Shown: positions 30,617 through 41,592, counted from the stretch's first letter. The stretch: DNA of 64,000 nucleotides from Candidatus Flexifilum breve (GCA_016717205.1 JADKGC010000011.1:217953-281952); one strand, 5' to 3'. Notes: generated from the sequence alone by a model not told the origin. Translations and numbers: made by a program.

Positions 30617-30969
30617 AACCTCACCCCCCTCTCCTCTAGGAGAGGGGAAAGAACGGTCTCTTTCTGTCTCCCCTCCCTGAATTCGGGGAGGGGCCGGGGG
30701 TGGGGTCGGGAGCAGCGGACGCAATGAATTGCGTCCCTACGAGAAAACTGTGTTTTGTAGGGACGCCCAATGGGGCGTCCGTGGTTGGATTGCCCGAAAC
30801 GGTCGCGAGATACAGGGTGTCCAATAAGGGTGACATGTGTAGGGACGAGGCATGCCTCGTCCTGATTTCTAGAGAAGGATTCAGAGGACAAGGCATGCCT
30901 TGTCCCTACAAAAACCTCTCAGTACAATAACTGTTCGCTTGTTTGACGCCCTCTATATCCCGTCCCTAC
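30617..30969. repeat. Cluster of palindromic repeats, REP doublets and a MITE-like insert (30814-30952)
   Basis: EcoRI-core palindrome, REP pairs, ends AGGGTGTCCAA ... TTTGACGCCCT. Confidence 0.8.
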
Positions 30970-31008
30970 AAACAATGGTCTCCCTGATAGGGATGGGGCA
31001 CAAGTCTG

Positions 31009-31344
31009 TTATTCAAAATCCGCTGTATCCAACATCGGCAAGAGGTAGATCCCCGGTTCTTCGTACGGATGCGCCGCGCGCAGCGCCGCCAGCACCGCTT
31101 TGACCCGGTCGCGCCGGCAGATCATCTCGATGCGCACCTCGTCGACCAAGTTGATCACCCCGCGGTCGCCCACTGCCGGGTTGGACGCGGCATCCGGCTG
31201 AAAGCGCCCGGTCCCCGGGTTGGTGAAGGCGCAGTGCGTATACAGACCGATCTCGCCCGCGCCCGCATCGCCGAGCGCTTGCAGCACGGCCTCCGCGTTG
31301 GCAACGGGAACCGTAGTGATCAAAAAAACGTTGTCGAAGTCCAT
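31009..31344 (-). CDS. YqfO/Nif3-insert (PII/CutA-like) protein
   Basis: GAGEIGLYTHCAF..GTGRF.P, AHPYEEP. Confidence 0.88.
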   Translation of the reverse strand: MDFDNVFLITTVPVANAEAVLQALGDAGAGEIGLYTHCAFTNPGTGRFQPDAASNPAVGDRGVINLVDEVRIEMICRRDRVKAVLAALRAAHPYEEPGIYLLPMLDTADFE

Positions 31345-31463
31345 GCTCACTCCACAAGAAAACCTTGATTCTTTTCGATTAAATTGTACGTGCATGCCTG
31401 TAATAAGCACGTTACAATAGGGCAAGTTATCCCACGTTATCCAGCAAATCGGCACCAATCAAC

Positions 31464-32654
31464 ATGCGAATCCAACGTTCTCGGTCACGGTTCACCTTCC
31501 GTCGTCGTCGTCAGGCGGGCTGTTTGTCGTTCCTGGCCCTCATCGTCGTGCTCGGCAGCATCAGCGCGGGGGTGTACGCGTGGTTGACGCGTTGGCGCCC
31601 GCCGGAAGAAAGCATTTCCGGTATGGATACGGATGTTCTGCGCGCCGCCTACAATGCGTTTGAACGCGGCGACCTGACCGGGACGATCAGCATTGCGCGG
31701 CAGATCCTCAGCCAATTGCCCGCGCAGCCCGACGCCGTGCTGCTGCTCACCCGCGCCTTGATCTATCGCAGTTATGGCGAATACGACCGGGCGATTGATC
31801 GCCAGTTGGCGCTGGAAGTCACCACCGAGGCGCTGCGCATTGATCCGATTAGCCCACATATCCGCGCGGCGCACGCCTTCGCGCTGGTCGCGGTTGATGA
31901 TCCGGTGGGCGCGGCGGATTTGGCGCGCGACATCCTCGAGAAGCACCCCGACAACACCATCGCCCGGATCGCGCTGGCGCTGGCCTATGGCAGCGTTGGC
32001 AGCTTTGAAGTCGCGCTGCGCGAAAGCATTCGCGCGCTCGACACAGCGCAGGGCTGGATGCGTATGGATGCGCTGCGCGCCCAGGCTATCAGCCAGAGCG
32101 ACCTCGGCGCGTATGAAGAAGCCGTCCGCGTGGTCGAACAGGCCATCGGCGTCAACCCGAATCTCGTGCTGCTCTACTTCGAGCGCGCACAGTATGCCCT
32201 GCTGCTCGGCGACAGCGACGCGGCGACGGTCGCCTATTACAACGTGCTCGTGCACGATGAGAACAACGTCAAAGCGCGCCTGCGCCTGTGCGAACTTTCC
32301 AGCCTGATGCGCGAACGCGACATGGCCATCCGCTACTGTTCGGAAGTCACGCAGCGCGCGCCGGATTGGTCGGAGGGGTGGTACCGGTTGGGCATGGAGT
32401 ATTTCCTGCAGGGGCAGTTTGCGGACGCGCAGTCGTCGCTCAACCGCTGCTCGACGCTGCAAGTGATGCAAGACGTACCCGTCGACGAGCGGCGCTTTGA
32501 ATGCTGGTACATTCAGGGACAAGCCGCGGAAATCCTCGGCGACTGCCCGAATCTGATCGCCGTGTATAACGAATTCCGCGCCATGACCGCCGCCGAGACG
32601 GTCGCGCAGCGCTGGACTTACCCCCCGGAAGGCCCCCCCATGTGCCGTCAGTGA
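31464..32654 (+). CDS. Membrane-anchored TPR protein
   Basis: N-terminal basic region plus TM, multiple TPRs. Confidence 0.88.
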   Translation: MRIQRSRSRFTFRRRRQAGCLSFLALIVVLGSISAGVYAWLTRWRPPEESISGMDTDVLRAAYNAFERGDLTGTISIARQILSQLPAQPDAVLLLTRALIYRSYGEYDRAIDRQLALEVTTEALRIDPISPHIRAAHAFALVAVDDPVGAADLARDILEKHPDNTIARIALALAYGSVGSFEVALRESIRALDTAQGWMRMDALRAQAISQSDLGAYEEAVRVVEQAIGVNPNLVLLYFERAQYALLLGDSDAATVAYYNVLVHDENNVKARLRLCELSSLMRERDMAIRYCSEVTQRAPDWSEGWYRLGMEYFLQGQFADAQSSLNRCSTLQVMQDVPVDERRFECWYIQGQAAEILGDCPNLIAVYNEFRAMTAAETVAQRWTYPPEGPPMCRQ

Positions 32655-32722
32655 CTTTGCAACTTAATCCCCGATGCGTCGTATAAGCACATAGTGACAA
32701 GACTTCGCAAGGGGGTAACAGC

Positions 32723-33739
32723 ATGTCACAACTTACACAATCACGGCGCACGTCGCCCTGGGCTATCATCCTCATCGCCATCGGCGTGATCTGGCTTCTC
32801 TCAGAAGCCAATATCTTCACGGCAGCGAATTTGTCGGTTCTCTTCCGGTTCTGGCCGTTGATCCTGATCGCCTTCGGGGTCGAACTGCTGATCGGGCGGA
32901 ATAATCAACGGCTGTCACTCCTGATCATCGGCGGCACGGTGCTCGTGATGATCGCGCTCATGCTCGTCGGGCCGTCGGTCGGTCTGGCGCAAACATCCGA
33001 TGTGAAGACCGCGACCTACAGCACCCCGCTTGACGGCGTGGAGTCGGCGCGCGTCAATATCAGCGCGAACGTTGCCTCGGTGCGCGTTGTCCCCATCAGC
33101 AACCCGGACAATCTGATTGATGCCGATCTCGAATATGTCGGCGACCTCACCTATGACGCCTCGACCGATGGCGCGCAGGGCGTCGTCAACCTCGAAAGCC
33201 AAGGCTCGGTCACCTACAGCAATATCTTCTTCTTCGACTGGCTCGGCGGCGACGCTTTGAACGGTGTGCAGTGGGATATCGGCCTCAACCCGGCCATCCC
33301 GCTCGACCTCGATGTGAGCAGCGGCACCGGCGGTATGAACCTCGACCTGAGTACCTTCCAACTCACCGATTTGCGGGTGAATGGCGGTACGGGCAGCGTG
33401 GATCTCGTCCTGCCCAGCATGACGGACGCTTACACAGTGCGCGTTGAAACGGGCACGGGCGCGGGTCACATCCGCGTGCTGGACGACGCGGTTGTCCGTC
33501 TGGTGCTGCAAAGCGGCACGGGCAGCATGACCATCGACGTGCCGGATGATGCGGCTGTGCGCCTTGAAGCGTCCGTGGGCACGGGCAGCGTCAATGTGCC
33601 GGGCAGCTTCACCCGCACGAGCGGCGAAGACGGCTTCATCGGCGACTCCGGTACGTGGGAAACGGCCAACTTTGACGCTGCCGCGCAGCAGATCACGATT
33701 GAGTACGACGGCGGCACCGGCAGTCTGAATATCCAGTAG
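32723..33739 (+). CDS. LiaF/DUF5668-type membrane protein with GGxG beta-repeat (toast-rack/adhesin-like) domain
   Basis: FWPLILIAFG motif; repeated GGTGS/SGTGS. Confidence 0.8.
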   Translation: MSQLTQSRRTSPWAIILIAIGVIWLLSEANIFTAANLSVLFRFWPLILIAFGVELLIGRNNQRLSLLIIGGTVLVMIALMLVGPSVGLAQTSDVKTATYSTPLDGVESARVNISANVASVRVVPISNPDNLIDADLEYVGDLTYDASTDGAQGVVNLESQGSVTYSNIFFFDWLGGDALNGVQWDIGLNPAIPLDLDVSSGTGGMNLDLSTFQLTDLRVNGGTGSVDLVLPSMTDAYTVRVETGTGAGHIRVLDDAVVRLVLQSGTGSMTIDVPDDAAVRLEASVGTGSVNVPGSFTRTSGEDGFIGDSGTWETANFDAAAQQITIEYDGGTGSLNIQ

Positions 33740-33751
33740 CCAATATCCACC

Positions 33752-33812
33752 TGTAGGGGCAGACCTATGTGTCTGCCCTAGGATGGGCGCACACAGTAGT
33801 GCGCTCCTACAG
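33752..33812. repeat. GTAG REP doublet
   Basis: gtaggggcagacctatgtgtctgccc and gggcgcacacagtagtgcgctcctac. Confidence 0.75.
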
Positions 33813-33858
33813 CTAATCTGTATACGACACTAGAACATATGAGGAGACACAAACCATC

Positions 33859-34779
33859 ATGAGCGATAATCAGCAGCCCGGCAAGCAGTACAAGACCGAA
33901 TGGTCGTTCTCGTTTGAAAAGCTCGGCGACCAGATCGGCGAATTCTTCCGGTCGGTCGGTTCCGGCGAAGATGTCGAAGTGAAAACCGAACGCTTCACCG
34001 ATGTCGTCGGCGATGCGACCTCGGCGCGCGTCCGCCTCGACCTGTCCGCGGGCGAGTCCAATATCTACATGCTGCAAGATTCCGACAAGCTGATCGACGC
34101 GGAGATCACCTACATCGGTGAGATGCGCTTCGCCCACGACGGCACGCCGGAAAAGGTCGTTAGCCTGAGCCAAGTCACGTCACCGGGTGAATGGTTCCGC
34201 CATGCGCTAACGTGGCTGAGCAAGCGCGGCGAACAGAATCAACTGCGCTGGAATGTCGGCCTCTCGCCGAATATTCCGATTGATCTGGATATTCACGGCG
34301 GCGTCGGCGAATGCGATTTCTCGCTGGCGACGCTCAAACCGGGCAAATTCACCATGAACGGCGGCACGGGCGAAATCGACGTGGTGCTGCCCGCCTCGCC
34401 GGAACTCTACAGCGCCAGCATCAACGGGGGCGTCGGCGAGCTGGATGTGAAGATTCCGGCGGGCGCGACGGTCAATTTGATGGTGCGCGCGGGCACGGGC
34501 GAGATCGATCTCGACATCGGCGAGGGCGCGGCGGCGGACATCACCGTGCACGGTGGCGTGGGCGAAGTGCAGGTGCATCTCCCGGCGGACGCGGCGGTGC
34601 GCGTGGAAGGCAAAGCGGGCATCGGGGACATCAGCGTCCCGGCGCGCCTCGCCCGCCTGAGCGGGACGGATGAATTCTTCGGCAAGAGCGGCGTGTGGCA
34701 GTCGGTCAATTACGAGGCGGCGGAGCGCAAGATCACCGTGCGTTATAACGGTGGCGTCGGCGCGCTGGTCGTGCGGTAA
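33859..34779 (+). CDS. Soluble paralog with GGVGE beta-repeat domain
   Basis: GAGGAG RBS; GGVGE/GGTGE repeats; C-terminus parallels 32723-33739. Confidence 0.82.
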   Translation: MSDNQQPGKQYKTEWSFSFEKLGDQIGEFFRSVGSGEDVEVKTERFTDVVGDATSARVRLDLSAGESNIYMLQDSDKLIDAEITYIGEMRFAHDGTPEKVVSLSQVTSPGEWFRHALTWLSKRGEQNQLRWNVGLSPNIPIDLDIHGGVGECDFSLATLKPGKFTMNGGTGEIDVVLPASPELYSASINGGVGELDVKIPAGATVNLMVRAGTGEIDLDIGEGAAADITVHGGVGEVQVHLPADAAVRVEGKAGIGDISVPARLARLSGTDEFFGKSGVWQSVNYEAAERKITVRYNGGVGALVVR

Positions 34780-34789
34780 ACGCAAACTA

Positions 34790-34946
34790 TTGCTCCTCCC
34801 CTCTTTTCGTGCCAGCGGGGCAGAGTCGGATGCAGCGGACGCAATAAATTGCGTCCCTACGAAAACGCATTCGGCTTGACAGAGGATGCTGTCTCCCTCC
34901 CTGAATTCGGAGGCGTGGGGTCGGACGCAATGAAGTACGTCCCTAC
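34790..34946. repeat. Palindromic repeat and REP cluster
   Basis: gcggacgcaataaattgcgtccctac; ctccctgaattcggag; cggacgcaatgaagtacgtccctac. Confidence 0.75.
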
Positions 34947-34973
34947 GAGCTGCATAGGGGATTCCCAAAACAA

Positions 34974-35000
34974 AAAGGACGAGGTTAAACCTCGTCCTTT
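34974..35000. terminator. REP-like hairpin, probable bidirectional terminator
   Basis: aaaggacgagg-ttaaa-cctcgtccttt between convergent genes. Confidence 0.65.
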
Positions 35001-35023
35001 GTCCATGTTGACTTCGATGTCGT

Positions 35024-35299
35024 CTACTTCTTGATTTGTTCGGTTTCGCTGGTAGCCGTGACCGCGTCGTCTTCGTCGCGGTCTTCCCAACTGACGATCC
35101 AGATACACGCACCCGCCACCAGCACACACGCGGCGACCAGCGCCACCCACTGCAGGGGCAGCAGCCCAATCTCCCGCGCGGAGAAGACCAACAAAATCAC
35201 CATGCCCAGCGACAGCGCGATCCATGCGGCGACGCGCGGATGACGACTGGCCCACTGAACGGGCGGCAGACCGAGTAAACCTGAAGTTCCTTGCTGCAT
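35024..35299 (-). CDS. Small two-TM protein
   Basis: AGAGGG RBS, two hydrophobic helices, acidic tail. Confidence 0.8.
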   Translation of the reverse strand: MQQGTSGLLGLPPVQWASRHPRVAAWIALSLGMVILLVFSAREIGLLPLQWVALVAACVLVAGACIWIVSWEDRDEDDAVTATSETEQIKK

Positions 35300-35307
35300 A
35301 ATCCCTC

Positions 35308-36697
35308 TTAGATCGGTTTCATGATACGGTCAGCACGAAGCTGTTTCATCAACCCGACGGTGTCGGGCGTGACCATTTCGTGCGCGGCTTCGCGCCATGC
35401 CGGGAACTTGATCTGGCTCAAGTTCAGCGGCTGGTAGCCGTTGACGACGAAGGCCTGCACCACATCCTGCGCGACGTTCTTCGGCAGGAAGATGAAGCTC
35501 ACTTCGCTTTGCAGTTCGCGCGACGCTTCTTCGACGGCGATGACCAGCGCGCTGATCACCGGGTCACGCGGGACATTCGGGTCGAGATAGAACTCGTCAA
35601 TCCGGGTGATCAGGTTTTCGACCGTCCAGCCAATGACGGCGATCACGGCGTCGTTATCCCCGAGCGCCAGCAGGAAGCTCTTCTGCCCGAAGGCCAGCAT
35701 GATATCCATGCGGTCGACCGCATTGCCCGTCACGCGGGTGACGAACTTGGCGATCATCTCGGCGTTGTTGGGCATACAGCGGCGAATGCCGACTTCGGTT
35801 TTTGGGCGAAAGCGGCGAGACGACGTTCGGCTTAGGCGTCAGCGATGAAGTGCCAGCGGGCTTCGCGGGAACCGTACGCTGTTGTGGGGCGGGCGGCATC
35901 GCTGGAGCGGCTTGCACCGGGCGTGCGGCGACATTATTAGTGGTGGGAGCCGGGCGGGCAGGCTGCGGCGGCATGCTCGGAGCGGGACGCGCGGGCGGCT
36001 GCACCTGCGGTTGGGGCTGCGCCGGACGAGCAGGCGCGGCGGCGGGCTGCGTGCCCATCGTGGGGACGGATTTCGGCATCTGATTGCCGACCACCGGGAC
36101 GACCGTCGCATTCCAGATCATCTGGACCTGCTTCCACGTATCTTCGACCGTGCCGTCGTTCTTGATCACGACTTTGGCGCGGGAAACTTTATCCGACTGC
36201 GGCGGCTGCGCGATGATGCGCTTGCGCGCTTCTTCCAGCGGCAGCTTGCGCTTTTCCATCAGCCGCTTGACCTGCGTTTCAACAGTCGCATCGACCACCC
36301 AGATCGTATCGCACATGGACGCGACGTCGCTTTCCAGCAGCTTGATCGCCTCGATGACGATCACGCGCTGCTGCGCGCGGCTGATCAGCGCAGTCATCGC
36401 CTGCGCGACGAACGGGTGAATGATCTCTTCGAGTTTGGTCAGGGCTTCCGGAACAGCGAACGCGACCGCACCGAGCAGCGGGCGGTTGATGCGCCCTTCA
36501 CCATCGACGATGAACTTGCCGAACATCTCGACGATGGGCTGGTACGCGGGCGCTCCCGGCGCCATCGCCTGATGCGTGAGTCCATCGGCATCAATGGTAT
36601 ACGCGCCAAAATGTTGCAGCATCTGACGCACCACGCTTTTGCCTACCGCGATATTCCCGGTAAGTCCGATGACGTATTTATTCTCAAAGGGACTCAC
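35308..36697 (-). CDS. coaE: Dephospho-CoA kinase with Pro-rich linker and C-terminal GNAT-like domain, frameshifted at about 35800
   Basis: IGLTGNIAVGKS, DAD, IIHP, IEAIKL; removing one A from CCCAAAAAC joins it in frame to TEVGIRRCMPNNAEMIAK.. (35308-35775). Confidence 0.88.
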
Positions 36698-36803
36698 GTT
36701 CCCCCTCCAAAGGTGATCTTGCGTACTGTAATCCTATTGTAACGTGCTATTGATGTTATCAAACAGCGCGTTTTGGGCCGATTCATAAAGGTTTCTAAAT
36801 GTT

Positions 36804-39267
36804 TCATTGTCCACCAAAATGATCGGTTTGTAACTGCACTGGCTGCTCCGCTAATAAGTCTGCACGCTGATTTTGCAGCGTCTCGACGGCCACCGGAGGC
36901 GTCTGATCACACGCAGCGATTCGCTCGGTCAGCCGCGCCTGCCAGTAGAGCACATCTGCCCAGGCGACCAGATCGGTCTCGCCGAGGCGCGCCGTCACTT
37001 CGAGCGACTGCGTCAGTGCGGCAAGCGGTTCGTCGCCGACCGGGCATTCCGTTTCTTCGGCCTGGGCCACCGCCCGCCCAACCAGACACGCCTGCGTTAG
37101 CAGATAATCCGGATTAAAGTTGAGCGCATCCGTGCAGCGTGCCAGCGCCGTGTCGCGATCACGATCAAAGTACAGGTTGGCGAGGCCGATGTTCGTGAGG
37201 ATCACCGCTTGCTGACTCGCGTCGCTGGTGTTCTGGTGCGCGGTTTCCAGATGGGCGAACACATCGTCCACGGTGACGGTTTCGCCGTTGCTGTCAGCGG
37301 ATGCCGTGCCATTAGCGAGCAGCAGTTCCTGCGTGGCAACGCCGCGATTATTCGCCGCCCGGGCGAACAGATTGGAGTCTTGGGACGCCGTGAAATAGGC
37401 GTCAATCGCATCCGCGGGCTGCCCCGCCAGCAGCAAGCCATTCGCCTTCATGAAGTAGAGCGCGAAGCTTTGGTCGACCTGCGGCGCGGTGCGGGCGGCG
37501 TCATAGAACCCGGTGGCGGCGGTCGCGACATCGCCCGACAGGTAGTTGACCGCGGCGCTGCTCACCAGCCCGAAGAACTCGGAATTATCCACAGGTGCGG
37601 ATACACTGAGCTGCGGCAGATCGAACAGCTCAGGCGGCGCGACCCGCTTGAGCAGGTCAACGCGCAGAGTGAGCGTGTCGCCGTCGCATTGACCCGAAAG
37701 CAGCAGGTCGTACATCTGAGACAGGGCGCTCGGATCGGCGAGATCGAGGCTGTCGTCAAATTCCACCAATGCCGATTCTGGCAGACCAGCTGCGAACTGT
37801 TCGGGCACATCCGCCGCGCAGCCGGCAAAGCTGGCCAAACCAACGCGCACGGGGATCGCTTGGGGGGGCGCTTCCCGCGTGGGCGTAACCGTTGGCCTGT
37901 CGCCCCCGCCCGTCGAGGTCGCCGTCGCGAGCTGGGTGCCATCTGTTTGGGTGGCAACCTGAGCCACGCCCGTACTCGTCACTTGATCGGCGGGTCTGCC
38001 CAGATTCGACTGGACGAGGAACAACACCACGACCACCACCAACGTGAGCGACGCGATCAGGGCGATGGGCGCGCTCGGTGCGGCGCTTTTCTTGGCGGGC
38101 GCGGGCCGGGGCGCAAAGTCATCATAGTCCGCCCCGCCGACGATCGGTGAGGCTTTCGCTGCCGCGTAGGGCTTCGTCGGCGTAGAGTTCCTGCAATTCA
38201 CCGGGGAGCACCCCCGTCGAGGAGGCGGGTTTGTTTTCCGCGGGCGGTTGTCCCGGCGGCGCGCTGATCCCGGCGGTCGCCAGTGTCCACGCGGATGGAC
38301 TCGGCACACGCATGGGCGCTTGGACCAGCGCCGACACGCTGATCTGCGCGATCAGGCGCGCCTCGTAGACCAGATCGAGCGTGACGCGTACGCGCATGCC
38401 CGGCGCGGTATTTGAATGGAGATTCGCAGTGAAAATCACCGTCTGCGAGTCGTAGTCCGGCGGCAGTTCGACCGTGATTTCGCCGTCGTCAAACGTCAGC
38501 GCGGCGGACTTGGCGCGCACGCTCACGGTGACGGGCAGCGCTTCGCCCGTGGTCGGATCCACCGGGAATTTGAACGGGAAACCGGTGGCGCGCGCGTCCT
38601 CTTTGCCGATCACGTCGCCCGACGGGACGACGGCGGGCAGTTCACCGCGCAAGCCGTCCGAATCCGGCAGCGAAATTTTCGCCCAGACTTCGGTCGGCGC
38701 GGTCGGGATGATCTGCGAGGGCATGGCCGCTTCAAAGCGGCGCGAGCGCGTGATCGTCGTTTTGGCCGTGCTGGTCGGCGCAGTGGGTAGGGAAATATCA
38801 TGCGCTTTGGGCGCGGCTTCTGGCTTCGGGACTTGCGCGGCTACGTTGCGACCGGGGGCGCTGCTGCGCTGCACACCGCTCACTTCGAGGTCGTGCAGGA
38901 AGTCTTCGGGCGGCACCTGGCCATCGCGCACATCGGCGGTCTGGAAGGCGAGGTAGGCGGGGAAAATGTCGCCCTCCAGCAGCACGGGGAAGACGGGCTT
39001 GTTGTTCTTCTCCGCGTACAGACGTTCCGCCTGCACCCAGCGGCTTTGATACGAACCGGGCGTCATGATGACGATCACGGCGGCGGCCTGCTCAACGGCC
39101 TTGAAGATCAACTGTTCCCAGTTGTTGCCGTAGTCGATGCGATCATCGATCCACACGTCGAAGCCGTTGGCGATGAGAAAGTCCGCCAGCTTGCGCGCGT
39201 AGTCTCGACTGCTGTTTTTGTGGTAGCTGATAAAGACGTGTGCCAATGGATTAGTCCTCGCCTGCAC
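36804..39267 (-). CDS. TIR-domain protein fused (across a frameshift near 38170) to a TM segment and extracytoplasmic TPR-like region
   Basis: HVFISY, GFDVWIDD, SRWVQAE, PVFPVLL; downstream ORF 36804-38309 lacks a credible start and has TM IALIASLTLVVVVVLFLV and AANNRGV TPR. Confidence 0.78.
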
Positions 39268-39318
39268 ACGTTATTGTAACGTAAAAACGTAAAGCCGCGC
39301 TACGCACTGCGTCCCGCC

Positions 39319-40686
39319 CTAGCCCATCGGCGGGACGAGGGTTAAGCCATCCCAACCGGGATCATGGCTCCCGTTGAAGGTCTGCGTCGTATCCCAGAAG
39401 AACACATCGCTGTTGCCGTCGATCTCCTGCGTCCACACCAGCCCTGCCAGAAAGACGCGCACATCGCGGATTGGCCCGACTCCGGCGGTGATCGTGCCGA
39501 TTCTGCCTCTGTCCCAGAATTTGAGTTCCTGTGCGGAATAACCACCTGACTGCCACGCGAGGCGGCCATCCGGCAGCCACATCAACTCAGAATCGTACTG
39601 GTTATCATCGGGCGGGATATCGCTGATGGTCTCGCCATCCCACACGTAGATGTGCATGCCATCCGCCGTCTGCGTGTTCCACGCTAGCCGCCCATCCGCC
39701 GACCACCTCGGGCCTGGGAACAGCTGATTCGCCCGTCCCAAATTGCGGATCACGGCTCCGTCCCACACGTACAAACTGGGGATTTCAGCGCTAGTGGCAA
39801 ACCACGCAATTTGTCCCTGAGGAGAACCGGACGGACGACCGAGGAAACCGCCGTTTTCCGTGCTGATGCGCACAGCGCCCTGATCGGTCCATATATACAT
39901 CCCGGAGCTGTTGTGAGTCCCAAGCCGAAACGCGAGTTGATCGTTGCCCCAGACCGTAAATTCGGCCCTGCCGTCGCCGGACTCCAGCACCGGAATGACT
40001 TGGTCGCCGTCCCACAGCCATAATGATGACGTCACATTGCTAGGGTTGATATAACCCCAGAGCAGATCGCCATTGGGCAGCCATTTAAGATAGGGTAGTT
40101 CTCTGTTAGGCAATTCTGTGACGACGATCACCTGTGCACTATCCCAGACGTACAGGCGGGTAACCCCCTCTGTACCGACGGTCAACCACGCTAGCCGGCC
40201 ATCCGCAGACCAAACCGGGCTTAACTGTCCCCCGTCTGCGCTAAAGTACGCCGAGTCGGTCCAGCCAAATTCGCGCCCCAGCAGCATCGTCTGTTCGCCA
40301 TCCCACACCGCGACTTGCAGCGAAGTCCCGCGCTCATCGCTCTGATCGGTGTACCACGCCAAGCGCCCATCATTCGACCAAACCGGGAAATAATCGTAGG
40401 ATGGGCTGTTGCTCACATTGAGGGTTTGCTCGCCATCCCACACAAATACCTCGCTGCGGTCGTTGACCATGCTCAGCCACGCGAATTGCCCATCCGGGGA
40501 CGGTTGGATGTAAATATCAGCGCTGTAGTTGCTGCTCACGTTGATCGTTTGCTCGCCATCCCACACGTACACGTCGTAGTCCCCGTCGCGATCCGAGAGC
40601 CACGCGATGGGCGGCATCTGTGGTTGGGCGCGTAAAGTGAAGGTCGAAAGGCTGAGGGTGAGCAGAACGAGGATCACAGCGCGCAT
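39319..40686 (-). CDS. Secreted beta-propeller repeat protein
   Basis: Signal peptide; repeated WSxDGRLAW and YVWDG units. Confidence 0.85.
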   Translation of the reverse strand: MRAVILVLLTLSLSTFTLRAQPQMPPIAWLSDRDGDYDVYVWDGEQTINVSSNYSADIYIQPSPDGQFAWLSMVNDRSEVFVWDGEQTLNVSNSPSYDYFPVWSNDGRLAWYTDQSDERGTSLQVAVWDGEQTMLLGREFGWTDSAYFSADGGQLSPVWSADGRLAWLTVGTEGVTRLYVWDSAQVIVVTELPNRELPYLKWLPNGDLLWGYINPSNVTSSLWLWDGDQVIPVLESGDGRAEFTVWGNDQLAFRLGTHNSSGMYIWTDQGAVRISTENGGFLGRPSGSPQGQIAWFATSAEIPSLYVWDGAVIRNLGRANQLFPGPRWSADGRLAWNTQTADGMHIYVWDGETISDIPPDDNQYDSELMWLPDGRLAWQSGGYSAQELKFWDRGRIGTITAGVGPIRDVRVFLAGLVWTQEIDGNSDVFFWDTTQTFNGSHDPGWDGLTLVPPMG

Positions 40687-41007
40687 GGTGGCGAGTCTCC
40701 GCTGATGAGGATGCTGATCTCATTGTAGGCGGATCAGCGCGGGCGTACCGCACGTCAACCTGACGTTTGCCGACCGCAGCACCTATGCACGCCTCTGTAA
40801 AATGTACAATTTTTATAAAACTAAATTAAAAGCGAATTTTTGGGAAACCTAGAAACATGAAGCTTCGATTATCAATGGGGTACTTACAATTATAGATATC
40901 ATCGAGAGAACAATTCACTCAAACTTGCTGCACCGATTGCAGTCGGCGCGTTTCGTTCGCCGATGGTTGATTCGCTACTCACTCAGACTACATCAATTGG
41001 AGACACC

Positions 41008-41592
41008 TTGAAAACCATCCTTCTGACGCTGATTGTCGCCCTCCTGACCTTTGGGGTTGTATTCGCAGCGGAGCCAACTACAGCCGCCGAGAATGACCCC
41101 AACCTCAACGAAGATGCCAACGCCTGTTATGTCGGTGGAACGTGGGCTGGCCAGTGCGAAACGGCGGATATCGACCAGAACGGCGTCGTCGAACCCTGGG
41201 AAATCGAGTACATCTATGAGGTAGGGTGGTATCTGATTCGTTATGAATATGGCCTCATCAGCCGCGCCGAGTTCCCCCGGGCTTTCATCTGGGCGTTAGC
41301 TCCCCAAGCCAGTCCGAGTGTCGTCGTTGTGCTGCCGAGCTGCTTTGATAACGCTATTTACCCGCTGTTTGATGTGCAATACACCGGGACGCCGAATGAG
41401 AATACGAACATGCCGCGATTTCTTTCGAATGATGGGAGTTGTACCGACTCTCTCGGACCCTCTCTAAACTATTATATCGTGGTGGATGATCCCAAACAGT
41501 GCCCCCTGACCAACGCGTGGGCAGCCAGCGCCTATGGTTTTACCACCATGCCCGCCAATTTCTACATCTGTACAACTCTTTCCTTGCCTTGA
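41008..41592 (+). CDS. Secreted Cys-containing hypothetical protein
   Basis: GGAG RBS plus TTG start, signal peptide, NDPNLNEDANACYVGG..C..GWYLIR. Confidence 0.75.
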   Translation: MKTILLTLIVALLTFGVVFAAEPTTAAENDPNLNEDANACYVGGTWAGQCETADIDQNGVVEPWEIEYIYEVGWYLIRYEYGLISRAEFPRAFIWALAPQASPSVVVVLPSCFDNAIYPLFDVQYTGTPNENTNMPRFLSNDGSCTDSLGPSLNYYIVVDDPKQCPLTNAWAASAYGFTTMPANFYICTTLSLP

